64,000 nt of DNA from a virus (lineage: Duplodnaviria; Heunggongvirae; Uroviricota; Caudoviricetes), in the IMG/VR virus record IMGVR_UViG_3300025875_000002, positions 1 to 64,000 of that record. The stretch is one strand, 5' to 3'. The notes beneath the pieces were generated by a model, which was not told where the DNA came from, did no database searches, and was given only the letters and a program-made list of their open reading frames with translations. The stretch's first letter is position 1. Each line of letters opens with the position of its first letter. This document shows, one piece after another, positions 1 to 9,670 of this stretch. A program made the translations under genes and the position numbers.

Positions 1-37
<37 letters not shown>

Positions 38-157
38 TCATGCAAGAGTATCAGGAAAAGCACGAATGCCAGAAGTGTGATTGTACCGCCAACACAGCAC
101 GTGTTTATACTAGTGGAGATAAGTTTTGGACCTGTGATAAGGGCCACGTAAGTAAGG

Positions 158-493
158 ATGAGAATGGCAGACGCGAAGAGTGAACTTTACGAAATCAAGC
201 GCATGGGCGCGGTAGCACAAAAAAATTCCGGCCGAGGGAAGCATGACAAGGGTGATGCTATCTTGGATGGAATATGGATGGTAGATGTGAAAGAATATGC
301 AAAGACATTTGGTTTAAGTACTGCCGTATGGGCCAAAACGTGTACTGACGCATTTCGGGCAGGAAAGAAGGAGCCAATGCTTAAGATCGTATTGGGCGAA
401 GGGAATAATAGAGTACGCTTAGTCGTTATATCAGAGACGATGTTTTCGGACATGAAAGAGGCGTATTTAAAGAATCAGGAAGATGTGGTATAA
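158..493 (+). CDS. hypothetical protein; possible small PD-(D/E)xK-type nuclease
   Basis: ORF track; motif GDAILDG...VDVKEY resembles a D...(D/E)xK nuclease core; weak. Confidence 0.3.
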   Translation: MRMADAKSELYEIKRMGAVAQKNSGRGKHDKGDAILDGIWMVDVKEYAKTFGLSTAVWAKTCTDAFRAGKKEPMLKIVLGEGNNRVRLVVISETMFSDMKEAYLKNQEDVV

Positions 494-826
494 TTGGATA
501 CAGAGGATAGAAGTGCCTCCGAAATAATTTCGGACGTGACTGAGCTAAATGAAATGTCTTTGTATCTAATGGACGAAGATGTTGACGAGGCTATGGCTAC
601 AGTAATTAAGCTGGTTGCAAAACCAAATGTGCCTGCCAATGTTGCAGCGCCCCTCGTTGTTAAGCTTCAAGCTTTGAGCACTAAATTTGCCTTACAGGCA
701 AAGTACTACATGCTGTACGGCAGCGTAGAAACCAAGGAGGAAAAGACTAGAAAGAAGAACACCATGATGACCCTCTCCGCAGAATTGGAGAAGCTGGCAA
801 ACGCGGTTAAGTATCTAGTCAAATAA
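494..826 (+). CDS. hypothetical protein
   Basis: ORF track, ATG immediately after previous stop, acidic N-terminus. Confidence 0.35.
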   Translation: MDTEDRSASEIISDVTELNEMSLYLMDEDVDEAMATVIKLVAKPNVPANVAAPLVVKLQALSTKFALQAKYYMLYGSVETKEEKTRKKNTMMTLSAELEKLANAVKYLVK

Positions 827-829
827 ATC

Positions 830-1639
830 ATGAGTAACAGTCGAAGCGTAATCAAGGGCCTAAAGTTAAAAAGCCAAAAGGGCTTGGACGCCACAGCCAT
901 TGCAAACGCCATTGAACAGGGCTTCCTCGCAAAGCGAAGGCCCGATAAGAATTGGGTCGAAAAGACTACATTTGCACCTTCTACGATTGCCTACGGGCAC
1001 GGAACGTGCGCCAGGTATTGGTATATTGTATTTACAGGTTTAGATACTTACACAGATACAGTAGACGCAATGGGCGTAGCGAATATGTCCCTAGGATCAG
1101 TGTTCCACGATGAGATCCAGTCGGCGATGGAAGCCTCCGGGATGCTAGTAGAAGCCGAGAAGGAAATTAAGATTGAATCGCCTCCGATTAGAGGATATCT
1201 TGACGCCATTGTAAATATTGACGATGAAGATGTAGTAGCCGAAATAAAGACAACACGACAAGAGTCTTTTGCGTTTAAAGAGATTAGTGGGAAGCCAAGC
1301 CCTAATCATCTAATCCAGCTTTTGATCTACTTAAAGGCCACCGGTTTGAAGCGTGGCTTTTTGCTTTACGTAAATAAGAATGATCAGACCTTCCTAGTTA
1401 TCCCTGTGGAACTAGACGAAGTTAACGATAAAATCATTGAAGACGTGTTCGGCTGGCTGAGGACAGTCCGCAAGGCGTACGACGATGAGACTCTTCCACA
1501 GATTCCATTTACGCGAGCTAGGAACTCAGGCGAGCCTAGCAATAAGATTTGCCGCTCATGCCCGGTACAGAAGGCATGCTTTAACGAACTTCCAGCAGGA
1601 GACGTTCTTATTCCTGTAATGGAGGTTCCTACGCTATGA
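830..1639 (+). CDS. Cas4/RecB-family PD-(D/E)xK exonuclease with Fe-S cysteine cluster
   Basis: Motifs DAIVNIDDEDVVAEIK (D..E.K), QLLIYLK (QxxxY), C-terminal CRSCPVQKAC (C-x2-C-x5-C) plus N-terminal Cys (HGTCARYWY). Confidence 0.7.
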   Translation: MSNSRSVIKGLKLKSQKGLDATAIANAIEQGFLAKRRPDKNWVEKTTFAPSTIAYGHGTCARYWYIVFTGLDTYTDTVDAMGVANMSLGSVFHDEIQSAMEASGMLVEAEKEIKIESPPIRGYLDAIVNIDDEDVVAEIKTTRQESFAFKEISGKPSPNHLIQLLIYLKATGLKRGFLLYVNKNDQTFLVIPVELDEVNDKIIEDVFGWLRTVRKAYDDETLPQIPFTRARNSGEPSNKICRSCPVQKACFNELPAGDVLIPVMEVPTL

Positions 1640-1947
1640 CTCTTTTGGCAGAGGAGGTGATCGATTTGAAGAATTGTGCAAATCCCACCTGCAACCTTGC
1701 ATTTAATCCTACTAGACACAATCAGAAGTATTGCAGCAAAGACTGCTGTAAGGTTGTAACCAATGCCAAGATCATGCAACAATATTATGAAAAGAAAGAT
1801 CGTAAATCAGGAAAGAAGCGAGTATGCAAGAAGTGTAAGGTGACAACACTATCCCGATACAATGAAGGCAATGTATGCCAGCCGTGTATCCTACAGGAAC
1901 GAGCCGCTAATAGGCTAGAGCTATTGCAATTGGTAGGGGTAGCGTGA
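1636..1947 (+). CDS. zinc-ribbon protein (two CxxC pairs)
   Basis: CANPTC...CSKDCC and CKKCK...CQPC motifs; overlaps neighbours by 4 nt (operon-like). Confidence 0.4.
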   Translation: MTLLAEEVIDLKNCANPTCNLAFNPTRHNQKYCSKDCCKVVTNAKIMQQYYEKKDRKSGKKRVCKKCKVTTLSRYNEGNVCQPCILQERAANRLELLQLVGVA

Positions 1948-2519
1948 TAACAGAGCTAAAGAAGACGCAGGCGTCGAGGGTCATGGGTATTGATTGCTCA
2001 ACAAAATCTTTGGCGTTCTGCGTGTTTTACAATAGAAGGCCGGTTACGTGGGGGAAGATTCTCTTCGAAGGCGCAACAGTATTCGATAGGTTAAAGGATG
2101 CATCTCAAAAGGTTCAAGCACTCCGTAATCAGTTCGACGTTGACTTTATTGCTATGGAGGGAGCCATCCTTTCCAACAACAAGAATGTCCGCGTCACGAT
2201 TGACTTGTCTTTGGTGTATGGAGCAGTCCTCGCACAACTACTACTCGGACGAGCAAAAGTCATTACCATCAAGCCCTTGGAGTGGCAGAATGCTATTGGT
2301 AATAAGACCTTTTCAAAGGTTGAGACCGCAAAACTAAAGGAGGACTTTCCAGGGAAGTCTGTGTCATGGTATAGTAGCAAGAAGCGTTCCATTAGAAAAC
2401 AAAGGACAATGGACTTCATAAATGACAAATGGCCAGATATGAACATAACTGACGACGACGTTGGCGATGCCTGCGGCCTAGCTTACTACGCCTACTATTC
2501 ATTAACAAGGAGACGATAA
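1944..2519 (+). CDS. RuvC-like Holliday junction resolvase
   Basis: N-terminal GIDCSTKSLAFCV (RuvC motif I-like) and C-terminal DDVGDACGLAYYA acidic catalytic motif. Confidence 0.5.
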   Translation: MITELKKTQASRVMGIDCSTKSLAFCVFYNRRPVTWGKILFEGATVFDRLKDASQKVQALRNQFDVDFIAMEGAILSNNKNVRVTIDLSLVYGAVLAQLLLGRAKVITIKPLEWQNAIGNKTFSKVETAKLKEDFPGKSVSWYSSKKRSIRKQRTMDFINDKWPDMNITDDDVGDACGLAYYAYYSLTRRR

Positions 2520-2789
2520 TGCCCAGCGTTACAAGACCACGTGTCATCAGAATGGCTAGCAATGGAATCGAAACTCTAGATGAAGCTCTGCGTCGGCAGA
2601 AGAGAAATAGGGTTCGAAGGTGGATGGACTTGCCGCCGCTAAAGCCGGGTGAAAAGTGACAAAGCTATATCACAGTAGAATTTGGTTAGAGCGCCAGCGT
2701 AAGAACGGCAAGACGATTGCTGACATTGCTAAGGAATGCGACGTAAGCTACCAAATGATTGATGTATACCTAAAGAAGTTTGGAATCCG

Positions 2790-3239
2790 ATGAAAACGTG
2801 TTCAAGATGTAAAGTAGAAAAAACAATAGACTCGTTTGGACCGTATAAGGCAGCCAAAGACGGTCTACACGTTTGGTGTCGTCCTTGCTCTAACGCTTAT
2901 CATAAGGAATACAAAGAACGCAACGTAGAGAAAGTTAATGAGTGGAGAAGAAAGACGCATCTAAAGGGAAGATATGGCATAGATCAGGCTCAATTTGATA
3001 AGATGCTATCTGATCAAAATAATAGTTGTGCCATTTGTTTTACTCGCGTTACAGAAAGCTCACGAACAGTTAATTTTTACATTGACCATGACCACGCTTG
3101 TTGTCCTGGCCATAAGAGTTGCGGAAAGTGTATAAGAGGATTGCTATGTAATTCTTGCAATACTACTCTTGGTTTTGTTAAAGATAGCGTCGAGACGCTA
3201 GAGGCTATGATAAGCTACTTAAGAAGAGGAGTCAAATGA
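2790..3239 (+). CDS. HNH endonuclease, Endonuclease VII-like family
   Basis: DHDHACCPGHKSCGKCIRGLLCNSCN signature; paralogous to 7488, 13474, 26817, 60123(-). Confidence 0.8.
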   Translation: MKTCSRCKVEKTIDSFGPYKAAKDGLHVWCRPCSNAYHKEYKERNVEKVNEWRRKTHLKGRYGIDQAQFDKMLSDQNNSCAICFTRVTESSRTVNFYIDHDHACCPGHKSCGKCIRGLLCNSCNTTLGFVKDSVETLEAMISYLRRGVK

Positions 3240-3787
3240 AGATTGGATTTACGGGGGCACACGGAACTGGAAAGACCATGACAGCCCAGGCACTAAAGGC
3301 CACAGGCAAGTTCGATGATTTCTATTTCCCTCCATCGTCAGCACGGTTGCTTTTCGGTGACGGCATCAACACATCTGCCACACCGCTTAGTCAGATTCTG
3401 ATTACAATGGACCGGACCAATAACATCGCTGGTCATCAGAATGTAATAACAGATAGAACAGCAATTGATTCATGGGCCTATACAGAGTATCAAATGATTA
3501 CAGTGTGGAGTCCAGACGAAGTCCCTACTGGATATGCTGCGATTACAAATCAGTACGTTGACCGGGCCATGAATGACATCGATTTGTTGGTTTATTTTCC
3601 TCCATTTTGGCTTCCAAAAGATGATGGAATAAGACTTACTGATCGAAATTATCAGCGTAACATTGATGATTTGATAAAAAAGGGCATCAACATGTTTTAT
3701 GCTGGCAGTGTGCTGCACATGAAAAATGAGTCTGTGCAAAGGCGAGTCGAGGCTATTATGTCAGAAATTAAATTCTTGGGCGAGTAA
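3236..3787 (+). CDS. P-loop NTPase, NadR ribosylnicotinamide-kinase-like (AAA_28-type)
   Basis: Walker A GAHGTGKT at N-terminus; length and layout like stand-alone NadR-kinase-domain proteins. Confidence 0.45.
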   Translation: MKIGFTGAHGTGKTMTAQALKATGKFDDFYFPPSSARLLFGDGINTSATPLSQILITMDRTNNIAGHQNVITDRTAIDSWAYTEYQMITVWSPDEVPTGYAAITNQYVDRAMNDIDLLVYFPPFWLPKDDGIRLTDRNYQRNIDDLIKKGINMFYAGSVLHMKNESVQRRVEAIMSEIKFLGE

Positions 3788-3825
3788 GATTTGACATAAG
3801 TCATAGTCAGTTATACAATAACAGT

Positions 3826-4365
3826 ATGACAAAAGAATTAGCTCTGCCTGAGCGTTATGATGAGATGCATCGAGTGATAACTCTGCATCTAGAAGGCCGT
3901 AATGCCTCATGGATAGCTAAGAATCTCAATATGAAGCGTGTCGATGTCTTGAATTATATTCAAGAGTTCAAAGAAATCGCCAAAAGCGATGATCTGCTTA
4001 AGGCGCGTGCGCAAGAGGTAGTTCACGAATTCGACCAGCAGCACAATCGAATCATCGCTAGTCTTTGGGAAGTACACGACGAGGCCGAACAGGCAACAGA
4101 TGGCTTGAAGATTCGTGCAACAGCACTAAAGTCACTTTCAGATATCTCCGCTAAGCGTGTGGAAGTATTGCAAAAGTCAGGACTTCTTTCTGATGCCGCT
4201 CTTGGCGATGAAATGGCAGAGCTAGAAGATCGTCAAGAGAAACTCATTGCTATTTTACGTGAGGTTACGGCTGATTGTAACCATTGCAAGTTTGAAGTGG
4301 CTCGCCGCCTGTCAGACGTTGACGGCAAGGTCGTTCCAGTAAGAGTGGAGGCCGAGCGTGAGTAG
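3826..4365 (+). CDS. putative terminase small subunit / DNA-binding protein
   Basis: Immediately upstream of and overlapping terminase large subunit; HTH-like N-terminal region; coiled-coil C-terminus. Confidence 0.35.
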   Translation: MTKELALPERYDEMHRVITLHLEGRNASWIAKNLNMKRVDVLNYIQEFKEIAKSDDLLKARAQEVVHEFDQQHNRIIASLWEVHDEAEQATDGLKIRATALKSLSDISAKRVEVLQKSGLLSDAALGDEMAELEDRQEKLIAILREVTADCNHCKFEVARRLSDVDGKVVPVRVEAERE

Positions 4366-6190
4366 ATTTGATGACTTTTTGTCTGTACTTGATGATTCTG
4401 AATTTGAAGAAATCCCGGTTGACATTGACACGTTCGTTGAAGACGAGCGTTTTCTTGGCAAGCGCAAGATGAAGCTTTCGCCGGTACAGCGTGAGTGTCT
4501 ACTTATGATGACACAGATTTATCGTAAGGACACACTAGACTCCTACCTAAGTGCAGAAGATGCACAGAAGCGATGGAACACTCTAAAGAACGAAATTATC
4601 CTACAGCTAGGCAAGGGTAGTGGTAAGGACGAAATGAGTGCTATGGCTATTGCCTACATTGTTTATCAGCTATTGTGTCTAAAGGACCCAGCCGCATACT
4701 ACAACAAGCCAGCCGGTGACAACATTGACATTATCAATGTTGCTATTAACGCCGAGCAGGCTTCTAACGTTTTCTTCAAGAAGTTCAGCAACTTCATTAC
4801 TGTTTCACCTTGGTTTGAGGATAAGTATGAGGCCAAGGCAGACCGCTCACCAATGAAGTCTAACCAGTTCAATTTTAACAAGAACGTTAACGTTTACTCC
4901 GGCCACTCTGAGCGTGAGGCTTGGGAAGGCTACAACCTTTTTGCAGCCGTACTTGACGAGATTGCCGCCTTCGCGCTAGAGTCAGCATCAACTCAGGGAA
5001 AGACCGCTGAGGCCGTCTGGAAGATGTATAGAGCTTCTGTCACCAGTCGTTTTGCAGAGTTCGGAAAGGTAATCAGTCTTTCCTTCCCCCGTTACAAGGG
5101 TGACTTCATCACTCAGCGTTACGATAAGGTCATTGCGTCAAAGCAGGTTGTCAAGCGCCGGGAAGTCTTGAAGATCGTTGAAGACTTGCCTGACGGAATC
5201 GCCGGTAATGAACTAGTGCTCGAATGGGACGAAGACCATATTGATGCATACACACAGCGGAAGGTTTACGCACTGCGCAGACCACCCTGGGATGTTAACC
5301 CTATTGCTCGCATTGAGCATTATGTATCTGACTTCGTTGACGACTATGCTGACTGCATGGGTCGTTACTGCTGCATGCCACCCGAGGCTGTTGACGCATT
5401 CTTCAAGGATCGTGACAGAATTGAGCAGGCATTCTCAGGTCAAGTAATTTCAAACGCAGTGGACAATGAAACTGGTGCGTGGACTGACGCTTGCGAACCG
5501 GACTCATCTAAGATATACTTTGTCCACGTTGACCTTGCACAAAAGCACGACCGTTGTGCAGTGTCTTTGGCCCACGTAGAAAAGTGGGAGAGGCGTCAAA
5601 TTAGTAACATAGGTAAGCTAGAGGGACCGGCGCCGGTTGTTTACGTGGACGCTATCCGTTACTGGCAGCCTACCAAGCAGAAAGAAGTTGACTTCGATAA
5701 GGTACGGGACTACATTGTATCTCTACAGCAGAGAGGCTATAATTTAAGACTAGTTACCTTCGACCAGTGGCGCAGTGAGGACATGAGAAAGTACCTTGCC
5801 AGCATCGGTATTCGTACTGACCTTCTTTCAGTTAAGAAGGAGCAGTACGTTGACTTTGCCGTTGTTCTCAACTCGGGCCGGTTGCACGGACCACTAGAAC
5901 CTCTTATTAGAGAGGAACTACTAGGACTAAGACTCTTCCCTAACGGAAAGATCGACCACCCAAGGCAGGGGTATAAGGACCTTTCCGACGCAACGGCTGG
6001 TGCTATCTTCAATGCAATTCGAAGAACTCCTCGGTCGGCAGACACAGAAATTGAAGTAAAGACAGTTAAAGACGTAAGAAAGGTTGCACGGAACGAACTA
6101 CCCAAGAAGACTGGTGTTATTGCTGCTCCTAAGAAGCAAATGCCACCGGAGCTTAAGGCTTTTCTAGAGAGTGTTCCAAGAATAATATGA
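4358..6190 (+). CDS. terL: terminase large subunit
   Basis: 610 aa; Walker A-like GKGSGKD, Walker B-like VLDEIAAF, C-terminal RNaseH-like nuclease motifs (VHVDLAQKHD). Confidence 0.7.
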   Translation: MSRFDDFLSVLDDSEFEEIPVDIDTFVEDERFLGKRKMKLSPVQRECLLMMTQIYRKDTLDSYLSAEDAQKRWNTLKNEIILQLGKGSGKDEMSAMAIAYIVYQLLCLKDPAAYYNKPAGDNIDIINVAINAEQASNVFFKKFSNFITVSPWFEDKYEAKADRSPMKSNQFNFNKNVNVYSGHSEREAWEGYNLFAAVLDEIAAFALESASTQGKTAEAVWKMYRASVTSRFAEFGKVISLSFPRYKGDFITQRYDKVIASKQVVKRREVLKIVEDLPDGIAGNELVLEWDEDHIDAYTQRKVYALRRPPWDVNPIARIEHYVSDFVDDYADCMGRYCCMPPEAVDAFFKDRDRIEQAFSGQVISNAVDNETGAWTDACEPDSSKIYFVHVDLAQKHDRCAVSLAHVEKWERRQISNIGKLEGPAPVVYVDAIRYWQPTKQKEVDFDKVRDYIVSLQQRGYNLRLVTFDQWRSEDMRKYLASIGIRTDLLSVKKEQYVDFAVVLNSGRLHGPLEPLIREELLGLRLFPNGKIDHPRQGYKDLSDATAGAIFNAIRRTPRSADTEIEVKTVKDVRKVARNELPKKTGVIAAPKKQMPPELKAFLESVPRII

Positions 6191-6417
6191 CAGACGATTG
6201 CAAGTGCGTGGAGCGGCACGTCCCACTGCCCACCCACTACAGGTCTTTACAAGTCGGCGGCGAGGTGGTAAGCTTGTGCCCTACAACGTACGAGAACATC
6301 AGGGACCTGTTGATGAGCTTTCAGGTTCATGATACAGTTCCGCCAGGCAAGATTACGAAGCATTACTCAAAGTTTGTTCGTGAGATTTGTTTGCGGTTGT
6401 GGAAAGAGTCTCAGTAG
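6187..6417 (+). CDS. hypothetical Cys-rich small protein
   Basis: ORF track; overlaps terL stop. Confidence 0.3.
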   Translation: MTDDCKCVERHVPLPTHYRSLQVGGEVVSLCPTTYENIRDLLMSFQVHDTVPPGKITKHYSKFVREICLRLWKESQ

Positions 6418-6432
6418 TGGTATAATTACAAC

Positions 6433-6933
6433 ATGACTTGTAACGATGCTAAATGTGATAGCCCTGCCGAAAGGCGGGGCTATTGCCTTAAGCACTACAT
6501 GCATTTTTACAGGTACGGTGCAAATTACGCTGATGTGCCTGCTTGCCGTGACTGTGGCAACCCTACAGGAAGTGATAAAAGGGTAAAGCGGTACTGTGAT
6601 GATTGTGCTATAATTAGAATTAGACAGGATCGGATCAGGGCAAACAACCGTCGCCGGTCACGGTCAGGCAAGGGTGATCACTACACGATCCAGATTCTTC
6701 TTGACTTGGACGGTCAGACGTGCTATCTTTGTGGCACAACGTTGACGGAGAGCCCGTCGATAGATCATGTAATTGCTCTGTCTCTCGGTGGGACAGATAC
6801 AGTAGACAATGTAGCACTTACCCATTGGGAGTGCAATAATCGAAAGAAGGCTAAGAATTTAGATGATACACGCTTAGAGTTTCCACACATGGCAATTCCT
6901 AGCAGAATTAGGGGTGAATTAAGATGCGAATGA
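6433..6933 (+). CDS. HNH endonuclease
   Basis: N-terminal zinc-ribbon cysteines; DHVIALSLGGTDTVDNVALTHWECNNRK HNH core. Confidence 0.75.
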   Translation: MTCNDAKCDSPAERRGYCLKHYMHFYRYGANYADVPACRDCGNPTGSDKRVKRYCDDCAIIRIRQDRIRANNRRRSRSGKGDHYTIQILLDLDGQTCYLCGTTLTESPSIDHVIALSLGGTDTVDNVALTHWECNNRKKAKNLDDTRLEFPHMAIPSRIRGELRCE

Positions 6934-7448
6934 CAATGGATATGACGAAGGCTGAGATTTTTGCCTTCCTAGCGGAACGAGACGGTTACAGGTGCACCTT
7001 CCCAGGTTGCGTCCGTCCTCTTGGTGACCCTAACGACATTGACACACTTGACCACATTTACCCTCAGTTTCTTGCTAAGCAGGCGGGTTGGACTAGGGCT
7101 GAAATTGATGCCTTGGACAACCTACAGATTCAGCACAAGCGGTGTAACGCTATCAAGGGTCACCAGCTTCCGGACGAAAACGGTAACTTCATTGTTCCCG
7201 TTCGTGAGCCTAAGCCCGTGCGTGGTCCGCGTCCTGAGATTTGTGACACGTGTTACAACGGTCGAATCTTGTTCATCGGTGAAGTTTGTCCAGACTGTGA
7301 GTCTGGACCGCAGCCTGCTGCTGCGCCCTCTGCATACAAGAAGACTCCTAAGGAGTGCAGCCACAGCGGTTTCGATCACTGCTGGATGTGCTACCTTGGT
7401 TTTGTTGAGCGTGGCTCTGCCTTGCAGAATTTGATTACTGGCACCTAG
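6924..7448 (+). CDS. HNH endonuclease
   Basis: LDHIYPQF...LQIQHKRCNAIKG HNH core; C-terminal CxxC pairs. Confidence 0.65.
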   Translation: MRMTMDMTKAEIFAFLAERDGYRCTFPGCVRPLGDPNDIDTLDHIYPQFLAKQAGWTRAEIDALDNLQIQHKRCNAIKGHQLPDENGNFIVPVREPKPVRGPRPEICDTCYNGRILFIGEVCPDCESGPQPAAAPSAYKKTPKECSHSGFDHCWMCYLGFVERGSALQNLITGT

Positions 7449-7487
7449 GAAGTGCGACCATAATGCGACCAGTGCTATAATGATCGC

Positions 7488-8105
7488 ATGGCAAATAAAA
7501 ATTGGTCAGAGGACGGCAGGGTGTGTAGGGATTGTAAGGTGTTTCAATCATTAGATCACTTTAATATTCGAAAGAATGGTATTCCTTACACGCTCTGCCG
7601 TCCTTGCCAGACGGCAGACAATAAGAAGAGAGCCGCCCGGAGAACTGTGTTGTCTCCAGACAGCATTAGAGTTTGTAGTGAATGTTTCTTGGAGAAAAGC
7701 ATTTTGGAGTTTCCAAAGAACAAAAATAGCGCTGGTGGGTATTTAAATCTTTGCAAGCCCTGTAATGCTAAGAAAAACTCGATTGCTAAGTGGGGTGTAG
7801 ATGTTACACAATATAGTTATTGTGTGATTTGCAAGGAAACGCTTGTTCCTGGTAGGGGAACCGTAGTTGATCACGACCATAACTGTTGCCCGGGACAAAA
7901 GTCTTGTGGAAGCTGTGTTCGTGGTGTACTGTGTAATCGTTGCAATGTTGGGCTAGGCATGTTTAAAGATAGCCCAGCCTTGCTCATTCAGGCTGCAACA
8001 TATGTATCCGAAACTTTGGGCAGTCGCATAGGATTACGCAGTGGTAAAGATGGTGGCCCCATTTTTCCATACAGGGCCAACTGGAACCTTGACAGCGAGG
8101 ACTAG
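7488..8105 (+). CDS. HNH endonuclease, Endonuclease VII-like with N-terminal Zn-ribbon repeats
   Basis: DHDHNCCPGQKSCGSCVRGVLCNRCNVGLG signature. Confidence 0.8.
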   Translation: MANKNWSEDGRVCRDCKVFQSLDHFNIRKNGIPYTLCRPCQTADNKKRAARRTVLSPDSIRVCSECFLEKSILEFPKNKNSAGGYLNLCKPCNAKKNSIAKWGVDVTQYSYCVICKETLVPGRGTVVDHDHNCCPGQKSCGSCVRGVLCNRCNVGLGMFKDSPALLIQAATYVSETLGSRIGLRSGKDGGPIFPYRANWNLDSED

Positions 8106-8153
8106 AGGGTGTACACTGATGGCATGAACGGAGCCGACACCTAGGAGCTAGAT

Positions 8154-8600
8154 ATGACGACGACCATTGACAACTTTACTGGTCAATACGACTTTCTTTC
8201 TAATTTCTATGCCCGTCCCTTTGAGTGGGAAGGCGAGACTTGGAGAACGTCGGAGCACGCTTTCAACGCAGCGAAAACATTACTACCCGGAGAACGCATT
8301 TGGGTGCGTGATGCAAAGACGCCCGGTGAAGCGAAGCGTCGTGGTCGTGTAGTTACATTGCGTAATGATTGGGATAAGCACTGGCGGTACGTGCTGATGT
8401 ATGATATCGTTCGTACCAAGTTCAGTGATCCTGTCATGCAGGATATGCTTGCGTCAACTCACGATTCCATCCTTGTCGAAGGTAATACTTGGCATGATGG
8501 TTTATGGGGAGTTTGTCGCTGTGCGACCTGCCCGCCCGGCAGGAATTGTTTGGGCATTTTGCTTATGCAAATTCGTTTTGACATAGTAAGAGGCATATAG
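8154..8600 (+). CDS. NADAR (YbiA/DUF1768) family protein
   Basis: Hallmark motifs FLSNFY, WRTSEHAFNAAK, LGILLMQIR match YbiA-like NADAR domain. Confidence 0.75.
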   Translation: MTTTIDNFTGQYDFLSNFYARPFEWEGETWRTSEHAFNAAKTLLPGERIWVRDAKTPGEAKRRGRVVTLRNDWDKHWRYVLMYDIVRTKFSDPVMQDMLASTHDSILVEGNTWHDGLWGVCRCATCPPGRNCLGILLMQIRFDIVRGI

Positions 8601-8704
8601 ATCATCTCCGTTAAAGGAGGTGGTTGCAGTGTAGACTTAGGTATGATAGACTGAATAACATCAGGGAAGTCCTGGGGGTGGGGACTATAATTACCACTCC
8701 ACCA

Positions 8705-8778
8705 TGCAGGCGTAGCTTAGTGGCCTAAAGCTCCCCTCTCTAAAAGGGGGATCGTGAGTTCGACTCTCACCGCCCGCA
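8705..8778 (+). tRNA. tRNA with anticodon CUA (amber-reading suppressor-type); amino acid identity undetermined
   Basis: Clean cloverleaf: acceptor GCAGGCG, D GCTT/AAGC, anticodon stem CCCCT/AGGGG, loop CTCTAAA (U33, A37), T arm GTGAG-TTCGACT-CTCAC, short variable arm. Confidence 0.5.
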
Positions 8779-8779
8779 C

Positions 8780-9136
8780 ATGGTATGGAATGGTTCATTT
8801 TCACCAAACTTGCTAAAGCGTAAGCTGGATGTAAGTCTAGTGTCATGGTCCGCCGGTGAAGTGGACGATGCTCTTTTAGAAGAAATCGATCCAGATTCAG
8901 ACGGTTCAGAAGGAACATTAACTGTGTACTTCACCCCCGGTGGAAAAGAATACAGTTGGTATTGCACTTATGAGAAGTATCAAGAGTTTGAGGCAATGAA
9001 AACGCTCCGATTGAATATGTCGGTGATTGAGGTTGGCCTTACGGTAGAACGGCCCAAACCGGCTGGGCCGCTCCTAAGGGTTGACAACGAAAGTAAGACC
9101 TGCTACAATATGAGTATACATTCTCCCAGAGTGTGA
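8780..9136 (+). CDS. hypothetical protein
   Basis: ORF track. Confidence 0.3.
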   Translation: MVWNGSFSPNLLKRKLDVSLVSWSAGEVDDALLEEIDPDSDGSEGTLTVYFTPGGKEYSWYCTYEKYQEFEAMKTLRLNMSVIEVGLTVERPKPAGPLLRVDNESKTCYNMSIHSPRV

Positions 9137-9432
9137 TGGCAGCACAAAAGATTCTGAATCTTTTAGATGTGGATCGAAACCATGTGGGAGAGCTTGCCTT
9201 CGGGTAAAATTGTAAAATAGGAGGTGCTACATATGGCTAGAGGTAAGGGTAGGTACACACCAAAGCTTAACCAGGCAACAGCCGGTTGGCTTCGTGATAA
9301 GACCAACACAGCTGCTCGCAACGTTGTCGGTAAGTTCAAGTCTCAGTGATCCTAGCGGATTACGCACTTGACAGACAATAGTAGCATCTGATAAGCTGTC
9401 CTGGGACATTGACTTGAAACTGTCCCTCCAAT

Positions 9433-9503
9433 GCGAGTATGATGTAGTGGTAACATAAGACGCTTCCAACGTTTTCTCGCCGGTTCGAACCCGGCTACTC
9501 GCT
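9433..9503 (+). tRNA. tRNA-Gly(UCC)
   Basis: Acceptor GCGAGTA/TACTCGC, D ATGT/ACAT, anticodon stem AGACG/CGTTT, loop CTTCCAA, T arm GCCGG-TTCGAAC-CCGGC. Confidence 0.65.
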
Positions 9504-9542
9504 CTCCACGTCTACCGGGTTACAGACGTTAAACGCCCATAT

Positions 9543-9616
9543 GGTCCGTTGGTCTAGCGGTAAGGATACCAGACTTTCAATCTGAGTGAACGTGGGTTCG
9601 AATCCCACACGGACTG
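9543..9616 (+). tRNA. tRNA-Glu(UUC)
   Basis: Acceptor GGTCCGT/ACGGACT, anticodon loop CTTTCAA, T arm GTGGG-TTCGAAT-CCCAC. Confidence 0.6.
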
Positions 9617-9670
9617 CGCGTACGTGCAAGACATTACTCCTTGTCGTCCTCCGGGACTGGCAAGGCTTTT

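Noticed and set aside
7021-7434. Alternative-frame ORFs with repetitive low-complexity translations (7021-7434, 41334-41606, 41682-41942, 42882-43157 and similar)
   Set aside because: They are embedded in and out of frame with strongly supported genes (HNH, rIIA-like). Repetitive Thr/Leu/Arg composition reflects the coding frame of the real gene.
9233-9349. 38-aa micro-ORF (MARGKGRYTPKLNQATAGW...) with a good RBS AGGAGGTGCTACAT-ATG in the 290-nt gap before tRNA-Gly; likewise 18802-18948 and 18949-19092 small ORFs in the 18484-19091 gap
   Set aside because: Below the ORF-track threshold and without homology or conservation evidence. Possibly real leader peptides or small proteins, but not supportable from sequence alone.
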